DNA from: Pedosphaera sp.
GTDB lineage: Bacteria; Verrucomicrobiota; Verrucomicrobiia; Limisphaerales; SIBH01
Reading direction: 5' to 3'
Length of the DNA stretch: 58,339 bases
NCBI GenBank assembly: GCA_031414955.1
Contig: JANOQV010000173.1
Span: 1 to 58,339 of the forward strand
Below, piece after piece: positions 42,882-51,667 of the stretch. Numbering within the stretch: the first letter of the stretch is position 1; every line of letters begins with the position of its first letter. The notes under the pieces are model-generated. The model saw only the letters and a program-made list of their open reading frames with translations. It was not told where the DNA came from and made no database searches. The translations under genes and the position numbers were made by a program.

Positions 42882-42910
42882 ATTTACGATTTACGATTCG
42901 TGTTTTACGA
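42882..42910. repeat. Degenerate heptamer repeat (ATTTACG) spanning the glycosyltransferase stop codon
   Basis: ATTTACG ATTTACG ATTCGTG TTTTACG. Confidence 0.7.
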
Positions 42911-44201
42911 ATTCTTTCGCAGCCGTGAACACCGACAGTGTTTCGTTCGCCATGCGGTCCACGTTAAACTTCTCGCGGACGGTGCGCTGACCGGCTTCGC
43001 CCAGCGCCCGGGCGCGGACTGGATCAAGCAGCAAGTCCTCCACGGCGTCAGCCAGCGCGGGCGCGTTCGGTTCGGCGATCAATCCGCCGCCCGTGGCTTC
43101 GATCACTTCCGGAAAAGCCGCGTGGCGCGGCTGCACCACGGGAACGCCGGCCGCCAGCGATTCCAGCACGTAGAGACCGAAGGCTTCACCGTAGAGCGCG
43201 GGCGTGCAAAACACGGTGAGCGACTGGAGAAAGTGGATTTTCTCCTGCCGGGAGACATTGGGAAAGAATCGGACTTCGGTCAGCATTCCGGCCTGTTGCA
43301 GTTTCGCCCGCTGCTGATTCACGAAGGCTTCATCCCCCGGCCCGCAGCCGCCACCGATGTGAAATTGCAGGCCGGCCGCCCGCCCGCGCCGCTTCAACTC
43401 GATGAACACATCCACGGCGAGACCGAGTCCCTTCTCCGGGCACATGCGCGCGAAGTAGCCGAGTACGGGCGAACCTTGGACCTTGGACCTTGGACCTTGG
43501 ACTCCGTATCCCTCGGTGTTGATCCCGTTGTGAACCACGCGCACCCGCTCCGGTGCCACGTCCATGCGCCGCGCCATCAAGTCGGCAAAGTAACGGCTTG
43601 GAGCGATGAACAAATCCACGTCGCGAGACCGTTCGGAAAGAATCTGCCAGGCTGCGGCCCGCAGTTCCTCCGGCAAGCCATCCAAGAAGGTGTCTTCACC
43701 CTGCAACATGCAGACGACGGGTGCCCCCAATTCCGCCTTGAGCCGCCGGGCCAGGCCGACCAGCAGCACGTTGGAAAGCGAAAGAACATCGCAGTGATGA
43801 TTGGCCTTGAGCCAGCCGACCAGTTCATCCACCTCACGCGCTTGATGGCCCGACTCGCCCCGGAGCATGGAGATGGTGAGTTCGCCCACATCCTGCGCCC
43901 GCGTCCGTCCGGCCAGCCCTCCGAGGCGCTTGAGCAACTTCGGCGAGGCGAGCGCCCGGTGCAGCCAGTCCGGGGCGTAGCGAAACCAAGGCAGTTTCTG
44001 TTCGAGGTAAACATTCACGCCGCTGAAAAAAATCGGCGTGCCGGCGCTTTGATCCGCTTCGTCCAGCGTGAGCGGGAGATAAAGCGGCAGCATGAGCGTG
44101 TCGTGGCCCAGCTTGCGCAAGGCCGCCACCAGCGCATTGTCCCGGAAGCAGCCGCCACAATACATGCCGCCCGCCCCCGGGGTGATTTGAACGATGTTCA
44201 C
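42891..44201 (-). CDS. GT4 family glycosyltransferase
   Basis: GAGGMYCGGCFRDN, PEKG, EAFGLYVLESLAAGVPVV. Confidence 0.93.
   Translation of the reverse strand: MNIVQITPGAGGMYCGGCFRDNALVAALRKLGHDTLMLPLYLPLTLDEADQSAGTPIFFSGVNVYLEQKLPWFRYAPDWLHRALASPKLLKRLGGLAGRTRAQDVGELTISMLRGESGHQAREVDELVGWLKANHHCDVLSLSNVLLVGLARRLKAELGAPVVCMLQGEDTFLDGLPEELRAAAWQILSERSRDVDLFIAPSRYFADLMARRMDVAPERVRVVHNGINTEGYGVQGPRSKVQGSPVLGYFARMCPEKGLGLAVDVFIELKRRGRAAGLQFHIGGGCGPGDEAFVNQQRAKLQQAGMLTEVRFFPNVSRQEKIHFLQSLTVFCTPALYGEAFGLYVLESLAAGVPVVQPRHAAFPEVIEATGGGLIAEPNAPALADAVEDLLLDPVRARALGEAGQRTVREKFNVDRMANETLSVFTAAKEFVKHES
43473..43502 (-). repeat. Heptamer tandem repeat (GTCCAAG)4 inside the GT4 gene
   Basis: Plus strand (ACCTTGG)4 AC, encoding VQGPRSKVQGS. 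Confidence 0.92.
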
Positions 44202-44222
44202 GACCGGCGGAAGGTAGGAAAA

Positions 44223-44253
44223 AAACTCCAAACTCCAAACTCCAAACTCCAAC
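44223..44253. repeat. Heptamer tandem repeat (AAACTCC)4, intergenic
   Basis: AAACTCC x4 between the thiS stop and the GT4 start. Confidence 0.92.
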
Positions 44254-44259
44254 AAACCT

Positions 44260-44469
44260 TCAACCGCCGGCCACGATGCGGACAATTTCCAGGCGATCGC
44301 CGTCGTCCAAGGCGCGGCCGGAAAACTCCGACGGTGCGACGGCCTCGCCGTTGTGTTCCACCACGACGCTGCGAGGCAGGAGTTGTTGCGCGCGGAGGAA
44401 TTCTTCCAAGGTGCAGGGCAGTTGGACAGCGGTGCGCTGGCCGTTGGCGGTGATGGTTCCGGAGGACAT
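44260..44469 (-). CDS. thiS: Sulfur carrier protein ThiS
   Basis: VVVEHNGEAV, DGDRLEIVRIVAGG with C-terminal GG. Confidence 0.9.
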   Translation of the reverse strand: MSSGTITANGQRTAVQLPCTLEEFLRAQQLLPRSVVVEHNGEAVAPSEFSGRALDDGDRLEIVRIVAGG

Positions 44470-45317
44470 CAAGCCAGGGTGAGCAGGCTGATCTCGGGCG
44501 GACAGTTGATGCGCAGGCCGTAAATGCTGCCGACACCGCAGGTGGTGTGAATCCAGCGCCCGTTCCAGGGATTCAGTCCGGCGACGTAACGGCTGTCCTT
44601 GACCGGGGCGAAGGGTGTCGCGCCCAGCCAGGGCACGCGCAACTGGCCGCCGTGAGTGTGCCCGCTCAGCATGAGGTTCCATTCGAAGATCCCGGCGTAG
44701 TCCTTGGTGTCGGGGTTGTGCGAGAGGAGAATCGTTTCACCCTGGCGCGATTCTGCAAAGCCGCGCCGGACATCGAACTCGCCCGACCAGAGATCGCCCA
44801 GGCCGACGAGTTGAATCTCCCGGCCCGCCACCCGAAGGGTGGTGGAGCGGTTGTGGAGCAACTCGATGCCGGTGGGCATGATGAGGTCATGCACCCATTG
44901 CACATCAGGGTAACCGCCGTCCTCGCCCGACCACCGTCCCCCGTCGTGATTGCCCAGTGTGGCAAAGGTGGGAGCCGACTTGGAGAGGAGACGGAGCACG
45001 TCCCGATAACCGGACGCGTCGCCAAACTGCTGCGTGACAAAATCTCCGGTCACACAGATGAGGTCCGGTTTCCATTCCAACCCTGCCTCAATGGCCCGGC
45101 GGATATAGTCCAACCCGACCACCGGCGAGGCGTGCAGATCGGAAAGGTGGAGTAGTTTGACCTCCGGCTTCGCCCCGCCGGACAACGGCACGACCACCCG
45201 GCTCGTCTGCAACCGCTCGGCCTCGAAGAGGCGTGCGTAGCCCAACGTGCCGGCAGCGGCAAAAGAAACGCCGCCGAGAAATCGGCGGCGTGAGAGCTTC
45301 GACGCAGGAGGTTTCAT
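44469..45317 (-). CDS. Metallophosphoesterase (YaeI/YkuE-like), Tat-like leader
   Basis: SRRRFL, SDLH, TGD, GNHD, SHNPD, SGHTHGGQ. Confidence 0.93.
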   Translation of the reverse strand: MKPPASKLSRRRFLGGVSFAAAGTLGYARLFEAERLQTSRVVVPLSGGAKPEVKLLHLSDLHASPVVGLDYIRRAIEAGLEWKPDLICVTGDFVTQQFGDASGYRDVLRLLSKSAPTFATLGNHDGGRWSGEDGGYPDVQWVHDLIMPTGIELLHNRSTTLRVAGREIQLVGLGDLWSGEFDVRRGFAESRQGETILLSHNPDTKDYAGIFEWNLMLSGHTHGGQLRVPWLGATPFAPVKDSRYVAGLNPWNGRWIHTTCGVGSIYGLRINCPPEISLLTLA

Positions 45318-45343
45318 CGCATCAGTCGATGCGCTCCAACGCG

Positions 45344-45598
45344 CTACTTCATCAGCAGCATCTGGCGGGCGCGTTTGATGGCGCTGTTCAGACGGCGCTG
45401 GTAGTGGGCGGGAAGGCCCGTGTACTTGCGCGGCAGGATGCGGCCCTGATCGGTGACGAACGTACGGAGCAGGTTCGTGTTCTTGAAATCAAGCGCGTCG
45501 AGCGTGAAATCAATTTTCGGCTTCGGGCGCGGGGTGCGGCGCTCGGTGGTTCCGCGAGTTCCCTCGCGCTTTTTGTCCGTGTGAGTCTTGCGTGGCAT
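45344..45598 (-). CDS. rpsR: 30S ribosomal protein S18
   Basis: LDFKNTNLLRTFVTDQGRILPRKYTG...QRRL...AIKRAR. Confidence 0.95.
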   Translation of the reverse strand: MPRKTHTDKKREGTRGTTERRTPRPKPKIDFTLDALDFKNTNLLRTFVTDQGRILPRKYTGLPAHYQRRLNSAIKRARQMLLMK

Positions 45599-45602
45599 AG
45601 GA

Positions 45603-45770
45603 TTACTTCACTTCGCGGTGGAGGGTGTGGCGGCGCAGGAACGGATTGTACTTCTTGAGTTCAAGCTTTTCCGTCTGCAGCTTCTTGTTGCGGGTGGTGG
45701 TGTAGCGGGAGGGCGACTTGCCTTCCTTGCGCGCTTCCGAGCATTCGATGGTAATGATTTCTCGCGGCAT
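45603..45770 (-). CDS. rpmG: 50S ribosomal protein L33
   Basis: Manual translation [55 protein letters not shown]. Confidence 0.95.
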   Translation of the reverse strand: MPREIITIECSEARKEGKSPSRYTTTRNKKLQTEKLELKKYNPFLRRHTLHREVK

Positions 45771-45773
45771 AAA

Positions 45774-46382
45774 TTATTCCTTCTCCTTGGCCTTTTCCTC
45801 CGGCTCTTCGTCGTCGGCAGGTTCAACATCGGGTCCGGCGGCGCTGTCCACCGTGCCCAGGGCACCGAGGCGGCGCTGACGCAAGGCCCCGTCGCGTTCG
45901 AGTTGGGCCTGGGCTTCGACGGTGAAGCGCGTCCAGGGGATCGCCTCCAGGCGCGCGCGCGGGATCGATTTGCCGGTCAACTCGCAGATGCCGAAGGTGT
46001 TTTTCTCGATGCGCTTGAGCGCTTCCTCGATTTCATAGACCGCATCCTGATCGGATGACAGGAGGCTCAAGGCGAAGTCGCGGTCAAAATTATCCGTGCC
46101 CGAGTCCGCCATGTGCAGACTGTAGCCGGCCATTTCCTCGGCGGACTCCTTGGCCAGTCCGTTCATCTGGGCCAGCAATCGCTCCCGAAGATCGAGCAGC
46201 GTGTTGTAATACTTCTGCCACTCGCCCTTGATCTTGATTGGTCCTGCTCCGTTGCGCGGCTTGAGCGCGCTCGTGCTGGTCATCGCGCGCCCCAGGATGG
46301 AGGCAGCGGTGGCGGAGTGTGTGACGGTCTTGCCACTGCGCGCTGGCGCCTTTTTTTTGGCGCTGTTTTTCTTCGTACTCAC
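45774..46382 (-). CDS. TraR/DksA family transcriptional regulator
   Basis: HMADSGTD, EIEEALKRI...FGICELTGKSIPRARLEAIPW. Confidence 0.92.
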   Translation of the reverse strand: MSTKKNSAKKKAPARSGKTVTHSATAASILGRAMTSTSALKPRNGAGPIKIKGEWQKYYNTLLDLRERLLAQMNGLAKESAEEMAGYSLHMADSGTDNFDRDFALSLLSSDQDAVYEIEEALKRIEKNTFGICELTGKSIPRARLEAIPWTRFTVEAQAQLERDGALRQRRLGALGTVDSAAGPDVEPADDEEPEEKAKEKE

Positions 46383-46563
46383 GGTTTGAAAATCTCTATT
46401 TCTTCTAGCAAAAACTTGGAAAAAGCTTCGTTTTCTGTTTTAAGAGTGGGCGAATGTATCAAACGAAAATGAGAATGCTACTAAAATTTTCCGCGCTGCG
46501 GAAACGTGTTTTGGACCGGGCCTTGACACTCGATCTCCTCCTCGCAAATCCTGTTTTCCGTTG

Positions 46564-47052
46564 ATGAAATCGCACGCCCTCAGTTGGAAATCTTTCGTCC
46601 TCACCTTCGTGATCGCGGCCGCGTTTTACGTTGTCGCCTACAACTGGTTGAGCCGACGGCAGACCGGCCAAGGACCATGGCAGGTGAACTTCAACACGAA
46701 TGCCGCCGGAGTTCCGCAGTTGACCATCGCTCAGTCCGTTCTTGGACTTTCGAACATCGTCATCCAATTCCCCGGGGAACATCTGACTGCTTCCAACCGG
46801 GTCGGCACCGTCGCTTTCGCCAAGCCGAGAGCACCCACGCCCTTCGGCGAAGTGGTCTATGACGATTTGATGTTCCAGCCGGGCGTCGTGGCCCTGGATT
46901 GTTTCGGGCACATCGTGGAGATGGTGCCGCGCGTGCTGGGACTGAACAGCGCAACCAACAGTTGGACGAACAACACCACCTACGTCCTCTCCCCGACCAA
47001 TAAACTCTCAGATGCTGCACGGGCCAGACTCAAGGGCGGCTATCGTCGCTGA
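46564..47052 (+). CDS. Hypothetical membrane-anchored protein
   Basis: N-terminal TM helix, GPWQVNF, PFGEV...D...PGVV. Confidence 0.75.
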   Translation: MKSHALSWKSFVLTFVIAAAFYVVAYNWLSRRQTGQGPWQVNFNTNAAGVPQLTIAQSVLGLSNIVIQFPGEHLTASNRVGTVAFAKPRAPTPFGEVVYDDLMFQPGVVALDCFGHIVEMVPRVLGLNSATNSWTNNTTYVLSPTNKLSDAARARLKGGYRR

Positions 47053-47699
47053 GGTACCTTTTCCAGCACCATGTATTTCTGCGCGACCCAGACGGCCCCC
47101 GTCGGCACCAGGTCGCGGACCGCGAAGCCACAGCGTTGCACTTCTTCGGTGAACTGATTCAAGGTGGGTTGCTGATCATACTTAGGCTTCCTGCCTTTCA
47201 AGGCTTTGAGAAATTTTCGTACTTTGCCAAAGGCATGGTAGTCGAAGAACGAGACGACGAGATACTTCCGCGCCACGCGGTGAAACTCGTGCAGGAAAGC
47301 TTCGCGCTCTTTTGGTGCAGCGATATGGTGGAGCAAACGGTTGCAGAACACGCAGTCCACGGAGGCGTCAGACAGCGGCAACTTCGAGGCGTCGCTTTGC
47401 AGAAAGGACGCATTCAAACCGGCTTTCTCCGAGCGCTCGCAGGCGTATTCCAGAATCTGGAAGGCCACGTCTATCTCGATCAACTGACGTCCCTGCGACA
47501 GGACGGCGGCAAATCGCCCCGCGCCCGATGGTACATCGACCACGCTGCGGCAATCGGTGATGCTGGCGAAAACTTTGGCCACGGCGCGTTGCTCGCGTTC
47601 GTTGATGCGGCGGCGTGGCCCGGTCTCGAAACGCTCGGCGTAAAGCTGCGCGGGTTTCGCGTGCTGCATGCGCTGGCGATATTTTTTAGCTTCGGCCAT
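47040..47699 (-). CDS. Class I SAM-dependent methyltransferase
   Basis: VVDVPSGAGRF, DASKLPLSDASVDCV. Confidence 0.9.
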   Translation of the reverse strand: MAEAKKYRQRMQHAKPAQLYAERFETGPRRRINEREQRAVAKVFASITDCRSVVDVPSGAGRFAAVLSQGRQLIEIDVAFQILEYACERSEKAGLNASFLQSDASKLPLSDASVDCVFCNRLLHHIAAPKEREAFLHEFHRVARKYLVVSFFDYHAFGKVRKFLKALKGRKPKYDQQPTLNQFTEEVQRCGFAVRDLVPTGAVWVAQKYMVLEKVPQRR

Positions 47700-47809
47700 T
47701 AGTCGGCGACACTAAGCACCCGACCTGGATGGCACAACGCTTTTGCGCGGCGCGGAAAAATCGATTGCATTCACGGGCAGGTCAGGCATTTTGCCCGCCG
47801 CTTCAGGGT

Positions 47810-47886
47810 CGGGGCGTAGCGTAGCCTGGTAGCGCGCTTGTTTCGGGTACAAGAGGTCGTGAGTTCGAATCTCACCGCCCCGACCA
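47810..47886 (+). tRNA. tRNA-Pro(CGG)
   Basis: CGGGGCG acceptor, CTTGT-TTCGGGT-ACAAG anticodon arm, TTCGAAT T-loop, encoded CCA. Confidence 0.95.
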
Positions 47887-48276
47887 TTTTTTACAGTGGT
47901 TTGGTGAAGTCTGTCTTCTTCGGCACTCTGGCGCTTCTAACCTTTTTCGCCACCTGCTTCTAAACCGGAGGCAAAACGGAGTAGTTTTCAGTCGGTCTTT
48001 TTCAGCAGTAGAGCGGAATTTTTACCACCTCAAACAACTACCCCCGCCAGCCAGATTCAAGCCTGCTCTCGGAGTACAGGATCGTGTTGGTGATGCGAGT
48101 GATGCAGGGGCGGCTCCGGTCTGACACCGGCTGGCCGACGGCACTGGAGAGTCTTTCTCACCTTTCGACAAGATGCCGATGTTTCCGGCGTAGCACCGAC
48201 TTCGCAGCCAGTCAGGGACGAGGCGTTGGTGTTTCGTTTCGGTGGCGCGGGCCGGGTCTCAGACTCGATTAGCCAT

Positions 48277-48450
48277 TCAGACTTGCGCGTGGCTCATGAA
48301 CCCGGCCCTCCGGTTTTGCACTTGCTGCGGCTCGGCGTGATCGCTCGGAGAGTGGTAGTGCTCATCCAGGCGCAGGAAGCGGTTCACGATGATCATATAG
48401 CTGGCCACCAGCGAAGCCGCGAAAACACTGACAATGATTGCTCCGAACAT
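48277..48450 (-). CDS. Small single-TM protein (57 aa)
   Basis: MFGAIIVSVFAASLVASYMIIVNRFLRLDEHYHSP..., with SD AAAGGA 7 nt upstream. Below the ORF-track length cutoff. Confidence 0.6.
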   Translation of the reverse strand: MFGAIIVSVFAASLVASYMIIVNRFLRLDEHYHSPSDHAEPQQVQNRRAGFMSHAQV

Positions 48451-48652
48451 AGATAATTCCTTTCTTGGTTACGCAATCAGATAGCCCGCGTGGCCCGTCG
48501 CCACTCCCCCAAACTTGTCTAACCCCAACCGGGCCTTGCTCTCCTTCATTGAGGAGCGAGCCGGGAGGATGCTCCCGCCCTGCGTCCTCATGGGTGGCAG
48601 CCCTTTAGTTTTCCATTCGCCAAGCCGCGCCCGGCTCCGCAATCTCGCCGGC

Positions 48653-49363
48653 ATGTCACTGCATCGTTCTCTCCAGGCCGGGTGGGCCGGTTTCGTGGTG
48701 GTGGTTTTTGTCGGTTGCGTTGGCCCTGCCGATCCGCCGCCGGCCCGGCGTATCGATGGTTGGAAGCCGCTTTTCAATGGACGGAGCCTCGAGGGCTGGG
48801 CGCAGCGCGGCGGCCAGGCGATGTACCGGGTGGAGCAGGGCGAAATCGTTGGAGTCGGAGTTCCGAACACGCCGAACTCGTTTCTTTGCACCGCGCGCGA
48901 TTACACGAACTTCATCCTCGAACTCGAATTCAAGGTGGCGGCGGGATTCAACTCCGGGGTGCAGATTCGCAGCCACGCCTACGATCAGTTGACCGATGTG
49001 AGGTGGAAGGGCGAAGTCATCAAGGTGCCGGCGGGGCGGGTGCATGGCCTCCAGGTGGAGATCGATCCCACGGTGCGCGCCTGGAGCGGTGGCCTCTATG
49101 AGGAGGGCCGGCGCAAGTGGTTCAACACGCTGTCCAACAATGTTCCGGCCCAGAAGGCTTTCAAAGCAGGCGCGTGGAACAAGTTTCACATCGAAGCGAT
49201 CGGCGACTCCTATCAGACCGCTCTCAATGGCGTGCCTGCGGACCGGCTCAAGGATTCTCTGGATGCCTCCGGCTTCATCGCCCTGCAAGTCCACAGCATC
49301 GGCCAGCGCACCAATGATTTGGAGGTACGCTTCCGCAACCTCCGCATCAAGGAACTCCCGTAG
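48653..49363 (+). CDS. DUF1080 (3-keto-disaccharide hydrolase-like) lipoprotein
   Basis: WKPLFNGRSLEGW, NSGVQIRS, GFIALQVH, FRNLRIKEL. Confidence 0.92.
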   Translation: MSLHRSLQAGWAGFVVVVFVGCVGPADPPPARRIDGWKPLFNGRSLEGWAQRGGQAMYRVEQGEIVGVGVPNTPNSFLCTARDYTNFILELEFKVAAGFNSGVQIRSHAYDQLTDVRWKGEVIKVPAGRVHGLQVEIDPTVRAWSGGLYEEGRRKWFNTLSNNVPAQKAFKAGAWNKFHIEAIGDSYQTALNGVPADRLKDSLDASGFIALQVHSIGQRTNDLEVRFRNLRIKELP

Positions 49364-49372
49364 TTTGCCCGA

Positions 49373-50215
49373 TCACGGCGCGGAGAAATCCGCGAACTTC
49401 CGTCGTGGGAGCAGATGTTCGGCGCGCTGTTGGATGAGCGGGAGGAGCGCGGCGGCATCTCCGTAAGTTTTCAGAAAACGCAGCCTTTCTCTCACGCTTA
49501 CGAAACGCAGCGGCGCGGTGACATGGAGCGCCGCCAGATCGCGGGCCCGCAAGGTCGCGGAGAGTTGCGGGCGTCGATCCAGCCGCGCCATGTCGATGAG
49601 GCAGAATTTTGGCTCCGGGCCGCGCGTGAGGAAAATGTGGCGCGTAAACAAGTCGGGTGAGGCCAGGCCGGCGTCGTGCATCTGGCGAATCTGCCCGGCC
49701 AGCGCGGTCAGCACGCGGCGGCGCTCGGCGTGGCCGGGTTGGGTGCGCAGAAATTCTTCAAGCGTCATTTCGCCCCGTGCCGCGGCGGTGAGGATGAAGG
49801 AAAATTTTTCCCACAACGGCCCGCACTCTTCGCCGAAGGCGACCGGTTCAGCCACGTTCAGACCGGCGCGTTGCAAGGCCTGTGAGTTCTCGTGCTCCAC
49901 GCGCGATTGCGACCAGACGGTGCCGCGCGTGAGCAGCGAATGGAGGCCGTCCTTCTTGTACGGCTGCCAGTTGCGCTTGAGGAACAGGACGAGCGGCTGG
50001 CCTTTGTCGGTCGTGGTCAGGCGCTGGATATCGCGGCGGCCCTTGTGGTTTTTGACCAGCTCGCCCCGGAAGGATTTCACGCCCGCCAGCGTGTCCAGGC
50101 CGAGGCGGCGAAGGACTTCCTGATATCTGGCGATGACGAGCACGCCGCGAGTGAAGGGCGCGCGCGCGAAGTTTTCAATTTCCGTTTCACGCGCCGGAAG
50201 GCATAACCACCCCAT
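49373..50215 (-). CDS. Lipopolysaccharide kinase (Kdo/WaaP/InaA) family protein
   Basis: LFLKR, EHEN, MHDAGLASPDLFTRHI, LIDMAR, RDLAAL. Start uncertain. Confidence 0.82.
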   Translation of the reverse strand: MGWLCLPARETEIENFARAPFTRGVLVIARYQEVLRRLGLDTLAGVKSFRGELVKNHKGRRDIQRLTTTDKGQPLVLFLKRNWQPYKKDGLHSLLTRGTVWSQSRVEHENSQALQRAGLNVAEPVAFGEECGPLWEKFSFILTAAARGEMTLEEFLRTQPGHAERRRVLTALAGQIRQMHDAGLASPDLFTRHIFLTRGPEPKFCLIDMARLDRRPQLSATLRARDLAALHVTAPLRFVSVRERLRFLKTYGDAAALLPLIQQRAEHLLPRRKFADFSAP

Positions 50216-50245
50216 GCGAAGCTTCGCCCATCTTGATTTCCGCGC

Positions 50246-51631
50246 GTGACCTGGCTTGTCCATGAGCAAGCCGGCTGGGAGTTCGCCCCGGATTTCGGGC
50301 CGCTGCTTCAATCCGTGCTGGCCGCGCCCGGCCGGGTGATCAAGGAATCTGCGGCCAAACTCGTCTCGGTGCATTCCGTCGCCGGGCGGGAGTATTTCAT
50401 CAAACGCTATCGCCATGCCGCCGTGCCGGGGCGGACGTTCAAGTTCTGGTTCAAGTCCTCGCAGGCGCGCGGGGAGTGGCGGCTGGCCCGGGCGCTCGCC
50501 GAGCGCGGCGTTCCCATCGTGCGTCATGTGGCGCTGGGTGAATGCCGGAGCTGGCGCGGGATCGAGGAGAGCATCCTGATTACAGAAGGTTTCGAGGGCG
50601 TGCCGGCCAACGAAGTTGCCGCGCTGCCGCCGGAAACCATTCCCGTCTTCATTGAGCGCATCTGGCAGGCCGGCGTGGTGCAGCGCGATCTGCATCCGGC
50701 CAATCTGCTGGTAAACCCCGCCACGCGTGAGCTGCGCCTGGTTGATCTGCACGGCATCGTGGTGCGTGAAACGCCCCGCCCCGCAGACCGTGACCTGATG
50801 CTGGCCACGGCCCGGATGGCGCTGGAGATTCCTGTGTCGCCCGAGGTGGCGCGATTCAGCCTGGCCCTGCGCAAGGAAGCGCTCTGGCATCGCTCGAAGC
50901 GCGGTCTGAAGACGAATCGTGACTTCATCCGGCGGGCCTTCGGCCCCTGGCAGTGGAACGTGCGCGCGGCGGCGCTTACTCCGCAGGTGGCGGAGATTTT
51001 GCGCGCACCGGATCAGTTCATCGAGTCCGGCCGCGCTTTGAAGCGTGGCCGCAGTTCCACGGTCGCGGCGGGGCAGGGGATGGTGCTCAAGCGCTACAAC
51101 TTCAAGAAGCCGTTGAACCTCGTAAAGGATTTGGGGCGCGGCTCGCGCGGACGGCGCGGTTTTCGCAAAGGCTGTCATCTGGAACTGGCCGGACTGGCAA
51201 CGGCCCGCGTGCTCGCGACCGCGGATCATCGCGTCTGCGGATTCCCGACGCGCAGCTACGTGCTGATGGAGGAAATTCTCCAGGCCGTGGACGCCGGTCA
51301 CTGGAGCGGCGATGCGCGCCGGGCGGCGCGCGCCCTCGGTGACTTGATTGGCCGGCTGCACCGCGAGGGCTTTACCCACCGCGATCTGAAGGAGACGAAC
51401 CTTTTGTTCAACGCGGCTGGAGTTCCGCACCTCATTGATCTCGATGGGTTGGAGTTTGTCTCGAATGTGCGGGACGAGGAAGCGGCCGCCAATCTGCGCC
51501 GTCTGGCCGGAGGGTTGCGCACGGTCGGGAGGCTGGATCGCGCCAACGTGCTGGCCTTTCTGCGGGCTTATTGTCGCGTGCGCCAGCTTGCGCTCCGGCG
51601 GATTTTCCCCCGGCTGGCCGCGCGCGGATGA
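50246..51631 (+). CDS. LPS kinase family protein with two kinase domains
   Basis: YFIKRY...QRDLHPANLL...VDL and VLKRY...HRDLKETNLL...IDLDG. Confidence 0.88.
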   Translation: MTWLVHEQAGWEFAPDFGPLLQSVLAAPGRVIKESAAKLVSVHSVAGREYFIKRYRHAAVPGRTFKFWFKSSQARGEWRLARALAERGVPIVRHVALGECRSWRGIEESILITEGFEGVPANEVAALPPETIPVFIERIWQAGVVQRDLHPANLLVNPATRELRLVDLHGIVVRETPRPADRDLMLATARMALEIPVSPEVARFSLALRKEALWHRSKRGLKTNRDFIRRAFGPWQWNVRAAALTPQVAEILRAPDQFIESGRALKRGRSSTVAAGQGMVLKRYNFKKPLNLVKDLGRGSRGRRGFRKGCHLELAGLATARVLATADHRVCGFPTRSYVLMEEILQAVDAGHWSGDARRAARALGDLIGRLHREGFTHRDLKETNLLFNAAGVPHLIDLDGLEFVSNVRDEEAAANLRRLAGGLRTVGRLDRANVLAFLRAYCRVRQLALRRIFPRLAARG

Positions 51632-51667
51632 GAGTGTCGAGACCGCCGCCGCTCGCAGGTTGGGCTG

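Noticed and set aside
39556..47886. Genomic island bounded by tRNA-Val and tRNA-Pro
   Set aside because: No duplicated tRNA 3' end or integrase seen, and the interval contains core genes (rpsR, rpmG, thiS).
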